DNA from: Chiloscyllium plagiosum
Taxonomy: Eukaryota
DNA: 26,783 nt
NCBI RefSeq assembly: GCF_004010195.1
Contig: NC_057718.1
Coordinates: 20,202,372 to 20,229,154 of the forward strand
Direction of reading: 5' to 3'
Position 1 is the first letter of the stretch; the number at the start of each line of letters is the position of its first letter. Made by a program: the position numbers and the translations under genes. This document shows, in pieces, positions 1 to 10,360 of this stretch. Under the pieces are notes generated by a model, which saw only the letters and a list, made by a program, of their open reading frames with translations, made no database searches and was not told the DNA's origin.

Positions 1-628
1 TGGTTAAAACCACCCAATGCCATGTGATAAAATGACTAAAAATTGACTCTTGTCCATATGCAAATATGATTTCTAATTGGAGAAACCATTTGTAAATTAT
101 TTCCCCTTGAAATGCTAGTCATTCGAACTGCAAGGGAACAAAACTGTCATTTCAAGATTAATGATCAGGGGAGATATGGAATTTATAAACTATCAATTTA
201 ACAAAATGCCACGTTATTCTTATTTTAATAAATGTTGTTGAGAGGTAGATTCCTGAGTGCAATATCCTTAAACAGTCTTATTCTAGTTCGTAAATCTGTA
301 ACGCACAACTGTCTGTATTTCATCATCAAATTGCCAATATTACCCAGATAAGCAATAACAATAACTGATTTTCCTCCTGTGAATTATTCTGTGTTGTACT
401 TGACCATGGTATGCTTTACTTACAGCAATATCTGTTTTTATCAACTAACAGGCCAGACAGCATCCATATGGAGAGAAACAGTTAATGTTTTATGTCATTT
501 TGATGAAAAGTCATCAATATGCTTTAAATTGCTTACAAATATATAGATGTATTTCATTTAAGCAGCTTGATTTTTGGTTTATTTAGTGATTTTTTTTCTA
601 ATACTTCTAAATTTGTCTTTTGTTTCAG

Positions 629-748
629 ATATGTCAATTATTGTATGAAATTTGTTGAAATGTTGGACTCATTTGGAGTCAAGCCAATCTTAGTTTTTGA
701 TGGATGCACTTTACCTTCTAAAGAAGCAGTTGAAAAGGCTCGAAGATT
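629..748 (+). CDS. EXO1: EXO1 coding exon (120 nt, XPG-N region: [39 protein letters not shown])
   Basis: Acceptor tttcag at 628 and donor gtaagt at 749. The VFDG..LPSK motif matches recalled vertebrate EXO1. The exon is internal; the start codon is upstream of the window. Confidence 0.96.
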
Positions 749-1180
749 GTAAGTCGTAAATGTCTACAATGAGTTTATGGTTCCTGTGGTTTCGGAGATT
801 TTCTTGGTGTGTTTACTAATGATAACTTAGAGAAAGTAAAGTGCTGGTTCATTGTTTTATTTAACATGCTGCATTAACTAAATGTATAACTGGCTAAACA
901 TTTTTCATTTCTTACAAATAACGAAACTCTATTTATTAAAATGTTGTTATTATTTTCAATCAATGTACTATAGAAATAACTTAATATTCCTGAGGGCTAG
1001 ATTATTGAGCAATAAATCTAGTTAAAGTTTTGTTTTAGTGCCAGCTGCAACATGATGAGTTTCTTGCTCTCAGCAGTAATCTGCTGTTATATACTACTGT
1101 TCTAATTTGTGTCACTTATCTGTGCAGCTGTTCATGCATATGATTAAGACACATTTATGCTTTGGTTTTCTGCCTTACAG

Positions 1181-1304
1181 ACGTAGGCAAGCAAACTTGC
1201 AGAAAGGAAAGCAGTACCTTCGCGAAGGGAAGACAAAAGAAGCTAGAGAGTGTTTTACCCGGTCTGTCAACATAACATCTGCCATGGCTTATGAAGTCAT
1301 AAAA
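1181..1304 (+). CDS. EXO1: EXO1 coding exon (124 nt: [41 protein letters not shown])
   Basis: Acceptor ttacag at 1180. Translation is near-identical to the EXO1 helical arch. The 3' boundary is best placed at a GC donor (gcaagt, 1305); an in-frame 4-nt-shifted alternative is discussed in findings. Confidence 0.93.
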
Positions 1305-1968
1305 GCAAGTGATTACATGTTTACTTTCTGCTTCTGTAACTTGTGCATAGAACTCAGTTTGTAAGTTCAGATTTTTATTTCTATCCTCGTGATTTTTCTG
1401 GCCATTGTTTAGATCTTTCCAAAATAGTTCACAAATTCCCAGCTTTATATTACAACGAATGTACATCACAGAAATTGGCTGCTCAGCCTAACTGGTCCAT
1501 GTCCGTATTTGTGCGTCATTGCAAGCCTCTTCCCTCTCCAAACTAATTTTGATAGCATATTTCTCTAGTCCTTTCTCCCTCATGGGCATATCCAACTTTG
1601 CCTTGAAGGCATCTGTGTTCTTCACCATGATAGCATACCTGCTGCATGTGGTAGAACATTACACTTTTCATTGCTCTATGGGTCAAGACATTTCTCCTGA
1701 TTTCATGACTGAATTTATTAAAACATCATAATTTTTTTTAGGAAGTCCATTCCATCCCCAAGTCTGACCTGCTGTTTGGGAAGATAATTGGTTTAAGATT
1801 TGGTAATGGAGAGGGAATCATCTCGGGTTTCCATTTCAGCTGTTGTCTTTTGGTTTTGCAATAGCATTTTAAATTGTTATTGATTATGGATTGCAGTGCA
1901 AAGGAAATTAAATAAGACAATTTGTTTTAAAAGAAAGAACAATTTTGTTTTTTTTTGTACCAATACAG

Positions 1969-2106
1969 GCAGCAAGAATGAGGGGAATGGATTGTATTGT
2001 AGCACCTTATGAAGCAGATGCTCAATTGGCTTACTTAAATAAGATTGGCATTGCTCAAGCAGTTATTACAGAAGATTCAGATCTGTTGGCATTTGGATGT
2101 AAAAAG
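1969..2106 (+). CDS. EXO1: EXO1 coding exon (138 nt, XPG-I catalytic acids: [46 protein letters not shown])
   Basis: Acceptor tacag at 1968 and donor gtaaat at 2107. Contains the FEN1/XPG signatures APYEADAQ and TEDSDLL. Confidence 0.97.
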
Positions 2107-2674
2107 GTAAATAAGAAATGCCATAAGCTTTTTTTTTTGTTTCTTTCAAATGAATGCTTTTATTAATATAACTTTTTTTAAATTGAGGTGTAGATTGTTT
2201 GACAATGTTCCATGATGTCAGGTCACCAAAATTATTTTTTGAAGTAGAAAGATAGTTGGATTGGTATTTTTTTAGACAGAAATTTTCAGTTTTTTTTTAA
2301 TCAAAATCCCTGCTCTTTCACCACTTTTTTGAGTATAATTCTTGTTTTTATGCAGAAACTTCCTCCTCTTCAACTGAGATTGGCTGTTTTAATACAAATA
2401 TGGGATCGTGCATAGCACCTCCTGATAATTTTTTGTCAGATGGGGGATTAAACTGAGATGATTCATTTTAACCTGTTTCCTGAGTGAGACTGAAGAAGTT
2501 CTTTGCACTTTACAGTAGGGCAACTCCTACATTAAACTAACTTGTGGTTAAATTAATTTGCAAAGGCCTGTAGCCACAAGCAGTGGAGGAGGACTTTCTT
2601 CATGTCAGTATTACAACTTAAATACTGGAGTTGAACAAATGGAAAATAGCTTGATATTTTCATTGCACTTTTAG

Positions 2675-2887
2675 GTTGTACTGAAAGTGGACAAGAATGG
2701 GAATGGCATAGAAATTGACAGAGCTCAGTTTGGCAGATGTAAACAGCTCGGCAACATATTCACTGAAGAGAAGTTCAGATATATGTGTATTTTATCGGGA
2801 TGTGATTATTTGGCATCTATTCATGGAATTGGTTTAGCGAAAGCATGCAAGCTTCTAAGGATTGCAAACAATCCAGATATCATTACG
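2675..2887 (+). CDS. EXO1: EXO1 coding exon (213 nt, helix-turn-helix DNA-binding motif: [11 protein letters not shown]...[22 protein letters not shown]...NNPDIIT)
   Basis: Acceptor ttttag at 2674 and donor gtgagt at 2888. Contains the GCDY..GIG motif. Confidence 0.97.
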
Positions 2888-3334
2888 GTGAGTTTTTGGA
2901 CTTGTGCTTGTTGTACACTTAAGTAACAATACCTACAAGAGAATGAGGAAGCATAAATTACTTAAGGAAAGTTGTCTTTAAGGTTTGTTAAGGCAGAATA
3001 TTTATTGAAACTTGGACTGTATGACAAAAATAATGACCCTAGTCTAGTCCACTGACACCAACAGATGTGCCAGTAATCACCAAAGATCATTGTAATTCTG
3101 GAGGAGAATTTTTTTCTTAAAAATAACAAAATACAGTTCATGCACATTCTCTCGGGGCTTTTGCAGATGTTACAGCAGGAAGTCACGGAACTTCTTCCCC
3201 ATTCTGCCTGATGGACAGGTTTGCATGGTTTAATGGTGTTTGTTGATATAAGGAGTTCAGTTTACTCTTATTTTGCTATTTTCAAAGTACAAAATGGTGA
3301 GAGTCTTCAACCTTTATCATTTCTTTTACTGAAG

Positions 3335-4030
3335 TTTTTTTTAATCTTTCGTGGGATGTGGGCATCACTGGCTAAGCCAGCAATAATTACCCTGGAGAAG
3401 GTGGTGGTGAGCTGCATTCTTGAACTCCTGTGGTTGAGACACCCATAGTTCTGTTATGAAGGGAATTCAAGGATTTTGATGTCGTGACAGTAAAGGACCT
3501 GCTATATGCTTCTAAGTCCAGGTGATGTGTGGCCTGGAGGGACAAGTGCAAGTGGTGGTGCTCCAATGCATCTGCTTCCCTTGACCTTCTAGCTACTAGT
3601 GGGCTCTGGTTTAGAAGGTGTAGTCTGAGGAAGCTTTGCAAATTACAGCTGTACATCTTGTGGATACCACTGTACATCAGTGGTGAAGAGAATGAATGTT
3701 GAAAGCAGTGGATGGGGTGCTAAACGAGTGTTGTTAGATCTGTACCCATACAAGTAAGTGGACAATATTCCATCTCACACCTGACTTGGGCCTTGCAGTT
3801 GATAAACCAGCATTGGGAGACAGGCGATGAGTAACTCACAGAAAAATTCCTAACTTCTGATGTGCTCTTTTAGACACCGTATTTATATGGCTGGCCTTGT
3901 TTAGTTTCTGGTCAATGGTAACCCTCAGGTTATTGTTAGTATAATGCCATTGAACATCAAAGGGTGAAGATTGGGTTCTATCCTGTTGGAGATGGTCTTT
4001 GCTTGGCATTTTTATGGTATGAATGTTATT
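3335..4030 (-). mobile_element. Degenerate LINE 3' end (CR1/L2-like), boundaries approximate
   Basis: The minus strand ends in ...gcagctcaccaccaccttctccaggg...gctggcttagccagtgatgcccacatccc followed by an A-rich tail, which resembles a common elasmobranch LINE 3' terminus (from recall). No intact ORF. Confidence 0.5.
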
Positions 4031-4941
4031 TGGCACTTATTAAACCAAGTTAAGAGCAGTCACTCCTGCTTCACTTCAAGGAAGCGTGTTGGAGAGTATG
4101 CCAGGAGCAACTCCTTAAGATAAACAAGTCAACCTGCTGAAGCTACAATGCAAGACTATGAGCATGTCAAGCAGCATGCAAAAGACTGGCTGAAGCAATC
4201 TCGCAACCAACAAATCAGATCGAAGATTTGTAGTCTTGCCACATCCAGTAGATAATTTATCAACTTTCTGGAAGAGGAAGCTCCTAAAATATCCCCATCT
4301 TCATTGATGGGGGAATTTAGCACATCAGTACAAAAGATAACACTGAAGCATTTGCATCCATCTTCAGTCAAAAGTGCCAAATGAATGATCTATATCTGCC
4401 TCCTCCAGTGGTTCACAGAATCATAGGTGCCAGATGTCAACCAATTTGATTCACTTATCAAAGCATACCAAACACCTCCTTCACTATCCTATCTACCTGC
4501 AACTCCACTTTCAAGGACCTATACTCTAAGTTCTCTTTGTTCAGCAACACTCCCTAGGACCTTACCATTAAGTGTATAAGTCCCGCTTTCCCAAAATACA
4601 GCACCTCATATTTATCTAAATTAAACTCCATCTGCCACTTTTCAGCCCATTGGCCCATCTGATCACGATCCCATTGTAATCTGAAATAATCTTCTTCACT
4701 GTCCACTGCACCTCCAATTTTGGTGTCATCTGCAAACATACTAACGATACCTCTTATGCTTACATCCAAATCATTTATATAAGTGACGAAAAGTAGTGGA
4801 CCCAGCACTGATCCTTGTGGCACTCCACTGGTCCCAGGCCTCCAGTCTGAAAAACAACCCTTCACCACCACCCTGCGTCTTCTGCCTTTGAGCCAATTCT
4901 GTATTCAAATGGCTAGTTCTCCCTGTATTCTATGAGATCTA

Positions 4942-5147
4942 AGATGGAAATGTGTTGCTGGAAAAGCGCAGCAGGTCAGGCAGCATCTAGGGAACAGGAG
5001 AATCGACGTTTCGGGCATTAGCCCTTCTTCAGGCTAATGCCCGAAACGTCGATTCTCCTGTTCCCTAGATGCTGCCTGACCTGCTGCGCTTTTCCAGCAA
5101 CACATTTCCATCTCTGATCTCCAGCATCTGCAGACCTCACTTTCTCC
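4942..5147. mobile_element. Short palindromic insertion derived from a Penelope-like terminal repeat, with a hammerhead core and 14-bp TSD
   Basis: 82-bp inverted arms at 4942-5023 and 5032-5113. TSD ttc(t/c)atgagatcta at 4928-4941 and 5148-5161. Same family as 8068-8290 and 26559-26783. Confidence 0.8.
5003..5034 (-). ncRNA. Minimal hammerhead-ribozyme core (PLE type)
   Basis: The minus strand reads CTGAAGA-a-GGGC-taat-GCCC-GAAA-CGTC: both conserved boxes, stem II and a GUC triplet. Stem I is weak, so activity is unproven. Confidence 0.6.
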
Positions 5148-6486
5148 TTCCATGAGATCTAACCTTGCTAACCAGTCTCCTATGGGAACCTTGTCGAATG
5201 CCTTACTGAAGTCCATATTGACCATGTCCACCCTTCTACCCTTATCAATCCTCTTTGTTACTTCTTCAAAAAACTCAAGTTTGTGAGGCATGATTTCCCA
5301 CACACAAAGCCATGTTGACTATCCCTAATCAGTACTTGCCTTTCCAAATACATGTACATCCTGTCCCTCAAGATTCCCTCCAACAACTTGCCTACCACCG
5401 ATGTCAGGCTCACTGGTTTATAGTTCCCTGGCTTGCCTTTACCACCCTTCTTAAACAGTGACAACACGTTAGCCAACTTCCAGTCTTCCGGCCTGTGACT
5501 ATCGATGATACAAATATCTTAGCAAGAGGCCCAGCAATCACTTCCCTAGCTTCCCATACAGTTCTAGGGTACACCTGATCAGGTCCTGGGGATTTATCCA
5601 CCTTTACCCATTTCAAGACATTCAGCAATTCCTCCTCTGTAATATGGACATTTTGCAAAGTGTCACCATCTATTTCCCTACAGTCGATATCTTCCATGTC
5701 CTTTTCCACAGTAAATTCCAATGCAAAATACTCATTTAGTATCTCCCCTATCTCCTGCGGCTCCACACAAAGGCTGCCTTGCTGATCTTTGAGGGGCCCT
5801 ATTTTCTCCCTAGTTACCCTTTTGTCCTTAATGCCTTTGTAAAAAAACCCTTTGGATTCTCCTTAACTCTATTTGCCAAAGCTATCTCATGTCCCCTTTT
5901 TGCCCTCCTGATTTCTCTCTTAAGTATACCCCTACTGCCTTTATACTCTTCTAAGTTGTGGTGCAGTAATCTTCCACCAGGATATCCAATCTAATTTATA
6001 CCAACACTGATCTAACTTTAAATACTGGTTTGCATTGGCTTTTCCTTTGCTTGCTTTGTAATCTGAACTTGCGTTGACCTTTTCATTGGTTGCTTTGACA
6101 TCTGGACACTAAAAGTGACAAGTTTATGATTACTTCCAAGTACTTTTTCACAAAGTTTCCTTGTGTTCATTCAATTTATTATGTAATCTATGTTGTTTTT
6201 AATCTAATGTTTGGAATTTGTTTGCCTGTCTAGTTGCACAACAAATTTAAATAATTTTGCTAATATGTGTAGCTTTTTTTTTAATCTATTGCACTCTTGA
6301 AAATGACAAGGCTTTCTTTCAGTAAAGGTGGGAAATAACAGTAGCGTTCATAACGCCTTTCCATCTGTAGCAATAAAATTAATCTTCAGTTCTACTGTTA
6401 AATTCAGTTAGAGTTTATTTATGGGTACAATTTTCTGGACAATTTTGGTTCTCAAAATTAATTCTAAAAAATAATACCTGTTTCAA

Positions 6487-6635
6487 TTAAGGGTTATGGT
6501 GAGCAGGTGGGTAAGTGGACTGAGTCCACAAAAAGATCAGCCATGATTTTATTGAATGGCAAAGCAGGGTCAAAGGGCCAGATGGCCTACTCCTGCTCCA
6601 ATTTCTTATGTTTTTATGTTATGTTCTTGTGTTTC
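6487..6635 (+). mobile_element. CR1 LINE 3' terminal fragment with a (TTCTTATG)-like tail
   Basis: Contains gatcagccatgat...gaatggc...agggcc.gatggcctactcctgctcc followed by short tandem tail units. Similar ends occur near 8945 and 11360. Confidence 0.7.
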
Positions 6636-6659
6636 TCCCATGCATTCTTTCCATCACAG

Positions 6660-6847
6660 GTTATTAAGAAAATGGGGCAATATCTGAAGACAAACCTGAC
6701 TGTTACAGAAGAATATATAGATGGATTCATTCGGGCAAATAACACATTTCTATACCAATTGGTGTTTGATCCATTGAAACGGAAACTTGTTCCTTTAAAT
6801 GCTTACTCAGATGATGTTGATCCAGAAGTACTTGACTATGCTGGGCG
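6660..6847 (+). CDS. EXO1: EXO1 coding exon (188 nt: [62 protein letters not shown])
   Basis: Acceptor cacag at 6659. Followed by the U12-type donor GTATCCTTT at 6848. [14 protein letters not shown] is characteristic of EXO1. Confidence 0.96.
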
Positions 6848-7706
6848 GTATCCTTTGCATATATCTGTATTTGTTCTAGTTCCCTCACTTATTAATTAGT
6901 GTAACCAGTTTTTTTTAAAAACAGTTTGTCCCGCTTTAAAAACTATCATACAAACATAGGGAGAGGGCATGAAAATACCAAAGAAAAACAAGGGTTGCTC
7001 AAAGACACAACTGAAATTAGCAGGTTAAGTCTTTCTGCAGCTGATGGAATGTGGGTTTGTCTGCGTCATTTGGCCAATGGGCTGCACAAGGTCTATCTCA
7101 TTGAGGGATTATGCAGTTCAACCAGGAAGTTTTGCCCAAATAACTCTCTTTTTGGCAGTGCAGAGCTTCCTTGCAGTATTAAATAATCAAATTTAAAAGT
7201 TGACAAAATGTTTTTTTAAAACTTTTTAAATTTACAGTTGACATATAGTAGGAGAATTTATTCACAAAAGTTTGCATGGAACAATTTGCTTTTGTTGACT
7301 TTGATCCATTGTGAAGTAACTTAATCAATGATTGCCATTTGCAGAGTGCTGCAGCTGCTTGTGGATGTGGTGAAAATAATTTATAGTGTTGCACATAATG
7401 TCACACAACTTGTGTTCCAGGTAAAGACATAAGTCTTGCACTTATTGCACAAAAATCTCTGTTAGCCTAGAAATAAACTAACAGGGTTTAATTTGCCTCA
7501 CTCTCCATGTTTGTGATTTTAACTTCTCTCCATCAAAGTTTGCAGTGAAAGTGAAGGCAATTTTTCAGCAAAAATAATTAATCCATCTTAATTTGCTGCT
7601 GACAAGCTACTTCATAAAAGGAATGCAGTGCAATTCCAAATGTCAAACACAATTTATTCAAATCTGCTGAACTGGCGATTTTGATGGGGTGGGAGAATAG
7701 AGCAGA

Positions 7707-7823
7707 GATGTTGATCCAGAAACACTTCATTATGCTGGGCAGTATGCTTTACATAAGTTTGTATTTGTTCTAGTTCCCTTACTTATTAATTAGCGTAACC
7801 AGTATTTTTTTTTTACAGTTTGT
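7707..7823 (+). repeat. Diverged local duplicate of 6813-6929 (exon 3' end, U12 donor and intron start)
   Basis: 117-nt ungapped alignment with about 17 mismatches by hand count (~85% identity). Confidence 0.92.
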
Positions 7824-7884
7824 TTGTATAATCCAATTTCTGTGTTGGGAAAATTGTCCCTAATTTAGCTAGGGGTGGAGCATA

Positions 7885-8480
7885 GACAAATTTTTTGTTA
7901 AGCAAATGTTCCTACCTCAGATTTAAAGTTAAGGACTGGTCCTGCATCCATTGCCATTTGTGGAAGAGCGTTCCAAACCTCTACCACACTTTGTGTGTAG
8001 GAATGCTTTCTAACATCTCTCCTGACAATCTGGCCCTAATATTTAAACAATGCCTAGTTCTGGAATAGTAGAAAGTGAGGACTGCAGATGCTGGAGACCA
8101 GAGTGAGAGTATGATGCTGGAAAACACAGCAGGTCAGGCAGCATCCGAGGAGCAGGAGAATCAACGTTTCGGGCATAAGCCCTTCATCAGAAATGAAGGT
8201 TCATTCCTGATGACTGCCTTATACCCGAAACATCGATTCTCCTGCTCCTCAGATGCTGCCTGTCCTGCTGTGCTTTTCTAGCACCCCTCTCTAGTTCTGG
8301 AATATCCAAGCAGTGGCAATAGTTTATAGACCCTATCTTTTCCTGTTATTGTCTTTAAGGTGTTAATCAGATCATCCCCAAACCTTCTAAATTTAGAGAA
8401 AACAGCCGTAATTTGTATAATCTCTCATAGTGTAATCCCTGAGGTCCAGGTCCATTCTTGTAAACCAATGTTATACTCCC
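7885..8480 (-). mobile_element. CR1 LINE 3'-region fragment, host of the 8068-8290 insertion; boundaries approximate
   Basis: The reverse complement of 7966-8040 aligns with the CR1 end at 11100-11175. Confidence 0.6.
8068..8290. mobile_element. Second palindromic Penelope-terminus insertion with two divergent hammerhead cores and a perfect 14-bp TSD
   Basis: TSD ctagttctggaata at 8054-8067 and 8291-8304. Minus-strand core CTGATGA-a-GGGC-ttat-GCCC-GAAA-CGTT (8190 to 8163). Plus-strand core CTGATGA (8207-8213)...GAAA (8227-8230) has a decayed stem II. Confidence 0.8.
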
Positions 8481-8739
8481 TCAAAGACATTACATGGACA
8501 TCTGGTATTGCTCACTTACCTCTGCTGTTGTCAGGGGTCCACTTATCCTTGAGCTCACAGAAATTTGGTGGTGGCTTGGGTGTTTAACGGACATTGCATA
8601 TGTGTCCTGAGCCACCCAATACCCCTGTTAAGGTTTTCCTGCAGTCTTTTTGTTTTGGAGGTCAAGGTTAACTGTTGAGAGGCACTTTATGCCGAATAGA
8701 AAGAGCCAGAACTAAAATCTGAGAGGAAGACAGAGGAGG

Positions 8740-8946
8740 AGGCATTTATTCTCTGGTGGTAATGACTCTGGAAATCTTTTATCACAGAAAGCTGTCCAGA
8801 CTGAGTCATAAAGAACATTGAAGGCAGAGATAGACATTTTAAATTAGCATAGGGAAAAGACTGGAACATGGAGTTGAGTATTATCAATTCCTCCACAGTC
8901 TCATTGAAATGATGGGCTGAATGGCCTACTTCTCCTACATCCTATG
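8740..8946 (+). mobile_element. Old CR1 3' end fragment
   Basis: Ends in gatgggctgaatggcctacttctcctacatcctatg, the same terminal motif as the other CR1 ends in this window. Confidence 0.55.
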
Positions 8947-9204
8947 GGAATAGCCTATTTATGTAAATCAAATATGCCTCAATACTATACTTTACTATAT
9001 TATCTGTTGATTTTAATGAAAGACTATTTTTGTTTTGTACCATTCATTGTGCATTTTATTTGTGTGTCCTTTTATTTGGAAGCTCAAGTAAGTTTACTTA
9101 TTGGGCATTGTTGGATAAACCATATTGTATTGTGGTTTAGATTGGTCTTCTTCCCATTGATGGTTTGTTGTTAATATTTTGCACCTTAACCCAGCTACTC
9201 GCAG

Positions 9205-9301
9205 TCATTTTGGTGATGAGAAGGCTCTTCATATAGCTCTTGGAAATATAGATGTCAGAACATTGGAGACCAGAGATAATTATAACCCGTGTAGTTTCCA
9301 G
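9205..9301 (+). CDS. EXO1: EXO1 coding exon (97 nt: HFGDEKALHIALGNIDVRTLETRDNYNPCSFQ), absent from the ORF track
   Basis: Read by eye. ALxIALGN..D...DxYNP matches the end of the EXO1 nuclease domain. Phase 2 in, phase 0 out; donor gtaatg at 9302. Confidence 0.93.
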
Positions 9302-10128
9302 GTAATGTGCAACTGATGTAATGATTTCAAGTTGCATATGTCAATTTTAACAATTTCTACAAAGTCAACTATTATGTTGTTTACAGTCTAATGTATTATA
9401 TATGATATCCTTCATAATTCTCTCACGAGTAAAAGGGAAACATTGTGCAAAGTAACTAAGACAAAATGCCTAGTTTAATTAGCTCCTATGCCTTCTCCTC
9501 TCTACCTCCCCATACAAATATCAAAGGTCTTTTGGACTTCCTTTGCCAAGTATACTTTTTTGCAAAAGCTGCTTTGGGATAGTTATAGATAATCCCAAAA
9601 GCTAGAGCTTGAGACTATTAGAGATGCTAATTCATAAATGCCCATGCCAAGAAAAAGGTTGTCAAGTACATTGCAGTGGCTAGCCAATGTTGAAATTCTC
9701 AGTTCAGGTGCATTCAAAATAAGCTTCTAAGTGAATTTTGTTTTTGATCTGGAATGTATTTAAAATGACCATTAATGAAATTCTGTCCCTTTAATCAAAC
9801 ACTTTTTCTTATAGATCTGGGTTTCAGTCATTTTAGTTTATGCTGTTAAAGATTACATATCTTTAACTTGAAGTAGATGGATCTGTGTATGCTATTTTCA
9901 TTTTAGCCAATATTTCTTTCTAAAGCACCCTTATAGCAACAGGTTGTCTCATTGCTGTTTGAGATTTTGATAACAAATTTTATTAAGAAGTTATGATGGC
10001 AATAATTGCACTTCCAAGAATTTTGAAGTTGGTAGTGGGATACTTCGAGGGTGTCCTATTGTCATGAAATGCACATTATAATCCCTCCTTTGTAAAACAA
10101 ACAATTAGATATGACATTTTGTTCTCAG

Positions 10129-10360
10129 ACTCCAGCGAAAATTACTCTTGGGAAAAATGACAAAGCAGTGACGAAGCAGGAACTGCCACATATGCTTAGT
10201 ATATGGAGTAAAGAGTACAGAACATGTGAAAATCAACTTTCAGTCCCAAAGGCACAAATATCACCAGAAAGACCCTGCACTCTGGGTAAAGAGAAAATTA
10301 TCAACATCAAAAGATTAAAACTTTCCAATAGAGAGATGATGGCTAAAAGATCAAGAGAAG
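10129..10360 (+). CDS. EXO1: EXO1 coding exon (232 nt: TPAKITLG...LSIWSKEY...GKEKIINIKRLKL...KRSRE)
   Basis: Acceptor tctcag at 10128 and donor gtaaca at 10361. SIW and GxE.I motifs are recognisable, and the phase fits both neighbours. Confidence 0.88.

Larger units (their letters stand above)
4465..5955 (-). mobile_element. CR1-clade LINE fragment with a frameshifted reverse transcriptase, interrupted by an insertion at 4942-5147
   Basis: Successive minus-strand ORFs give KSPGPD, NYKPVSLTSVVGKLLE, SQHGF, DFSKAFDKVP, SGVPQGSVLGPLLF..YINDL, FADDTK and WQMEFNLDK. Confidence 0.93.
6848..9204 (+). other. EXO1: U12-type (minor spliceosome) GT-AG intron of EXO1
   Basis: 5' splice site GTATCCTTT (6848-6856). 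Branch site CCTTAAC (9184-9190) lies 14 nt before the end of the intron at AG 9203-9204. There is no polypyrimidine tract. Confidence 0.92.

Noticed and set aside
448..520. Further hammerhead-like or PLE-terminus remnants (also about 24352-24425 and 25403-25460)
   Set aside because: They resemble decayed termini of a related repeat, but the catalytic boxes are incomplete and they are too diverged to call.
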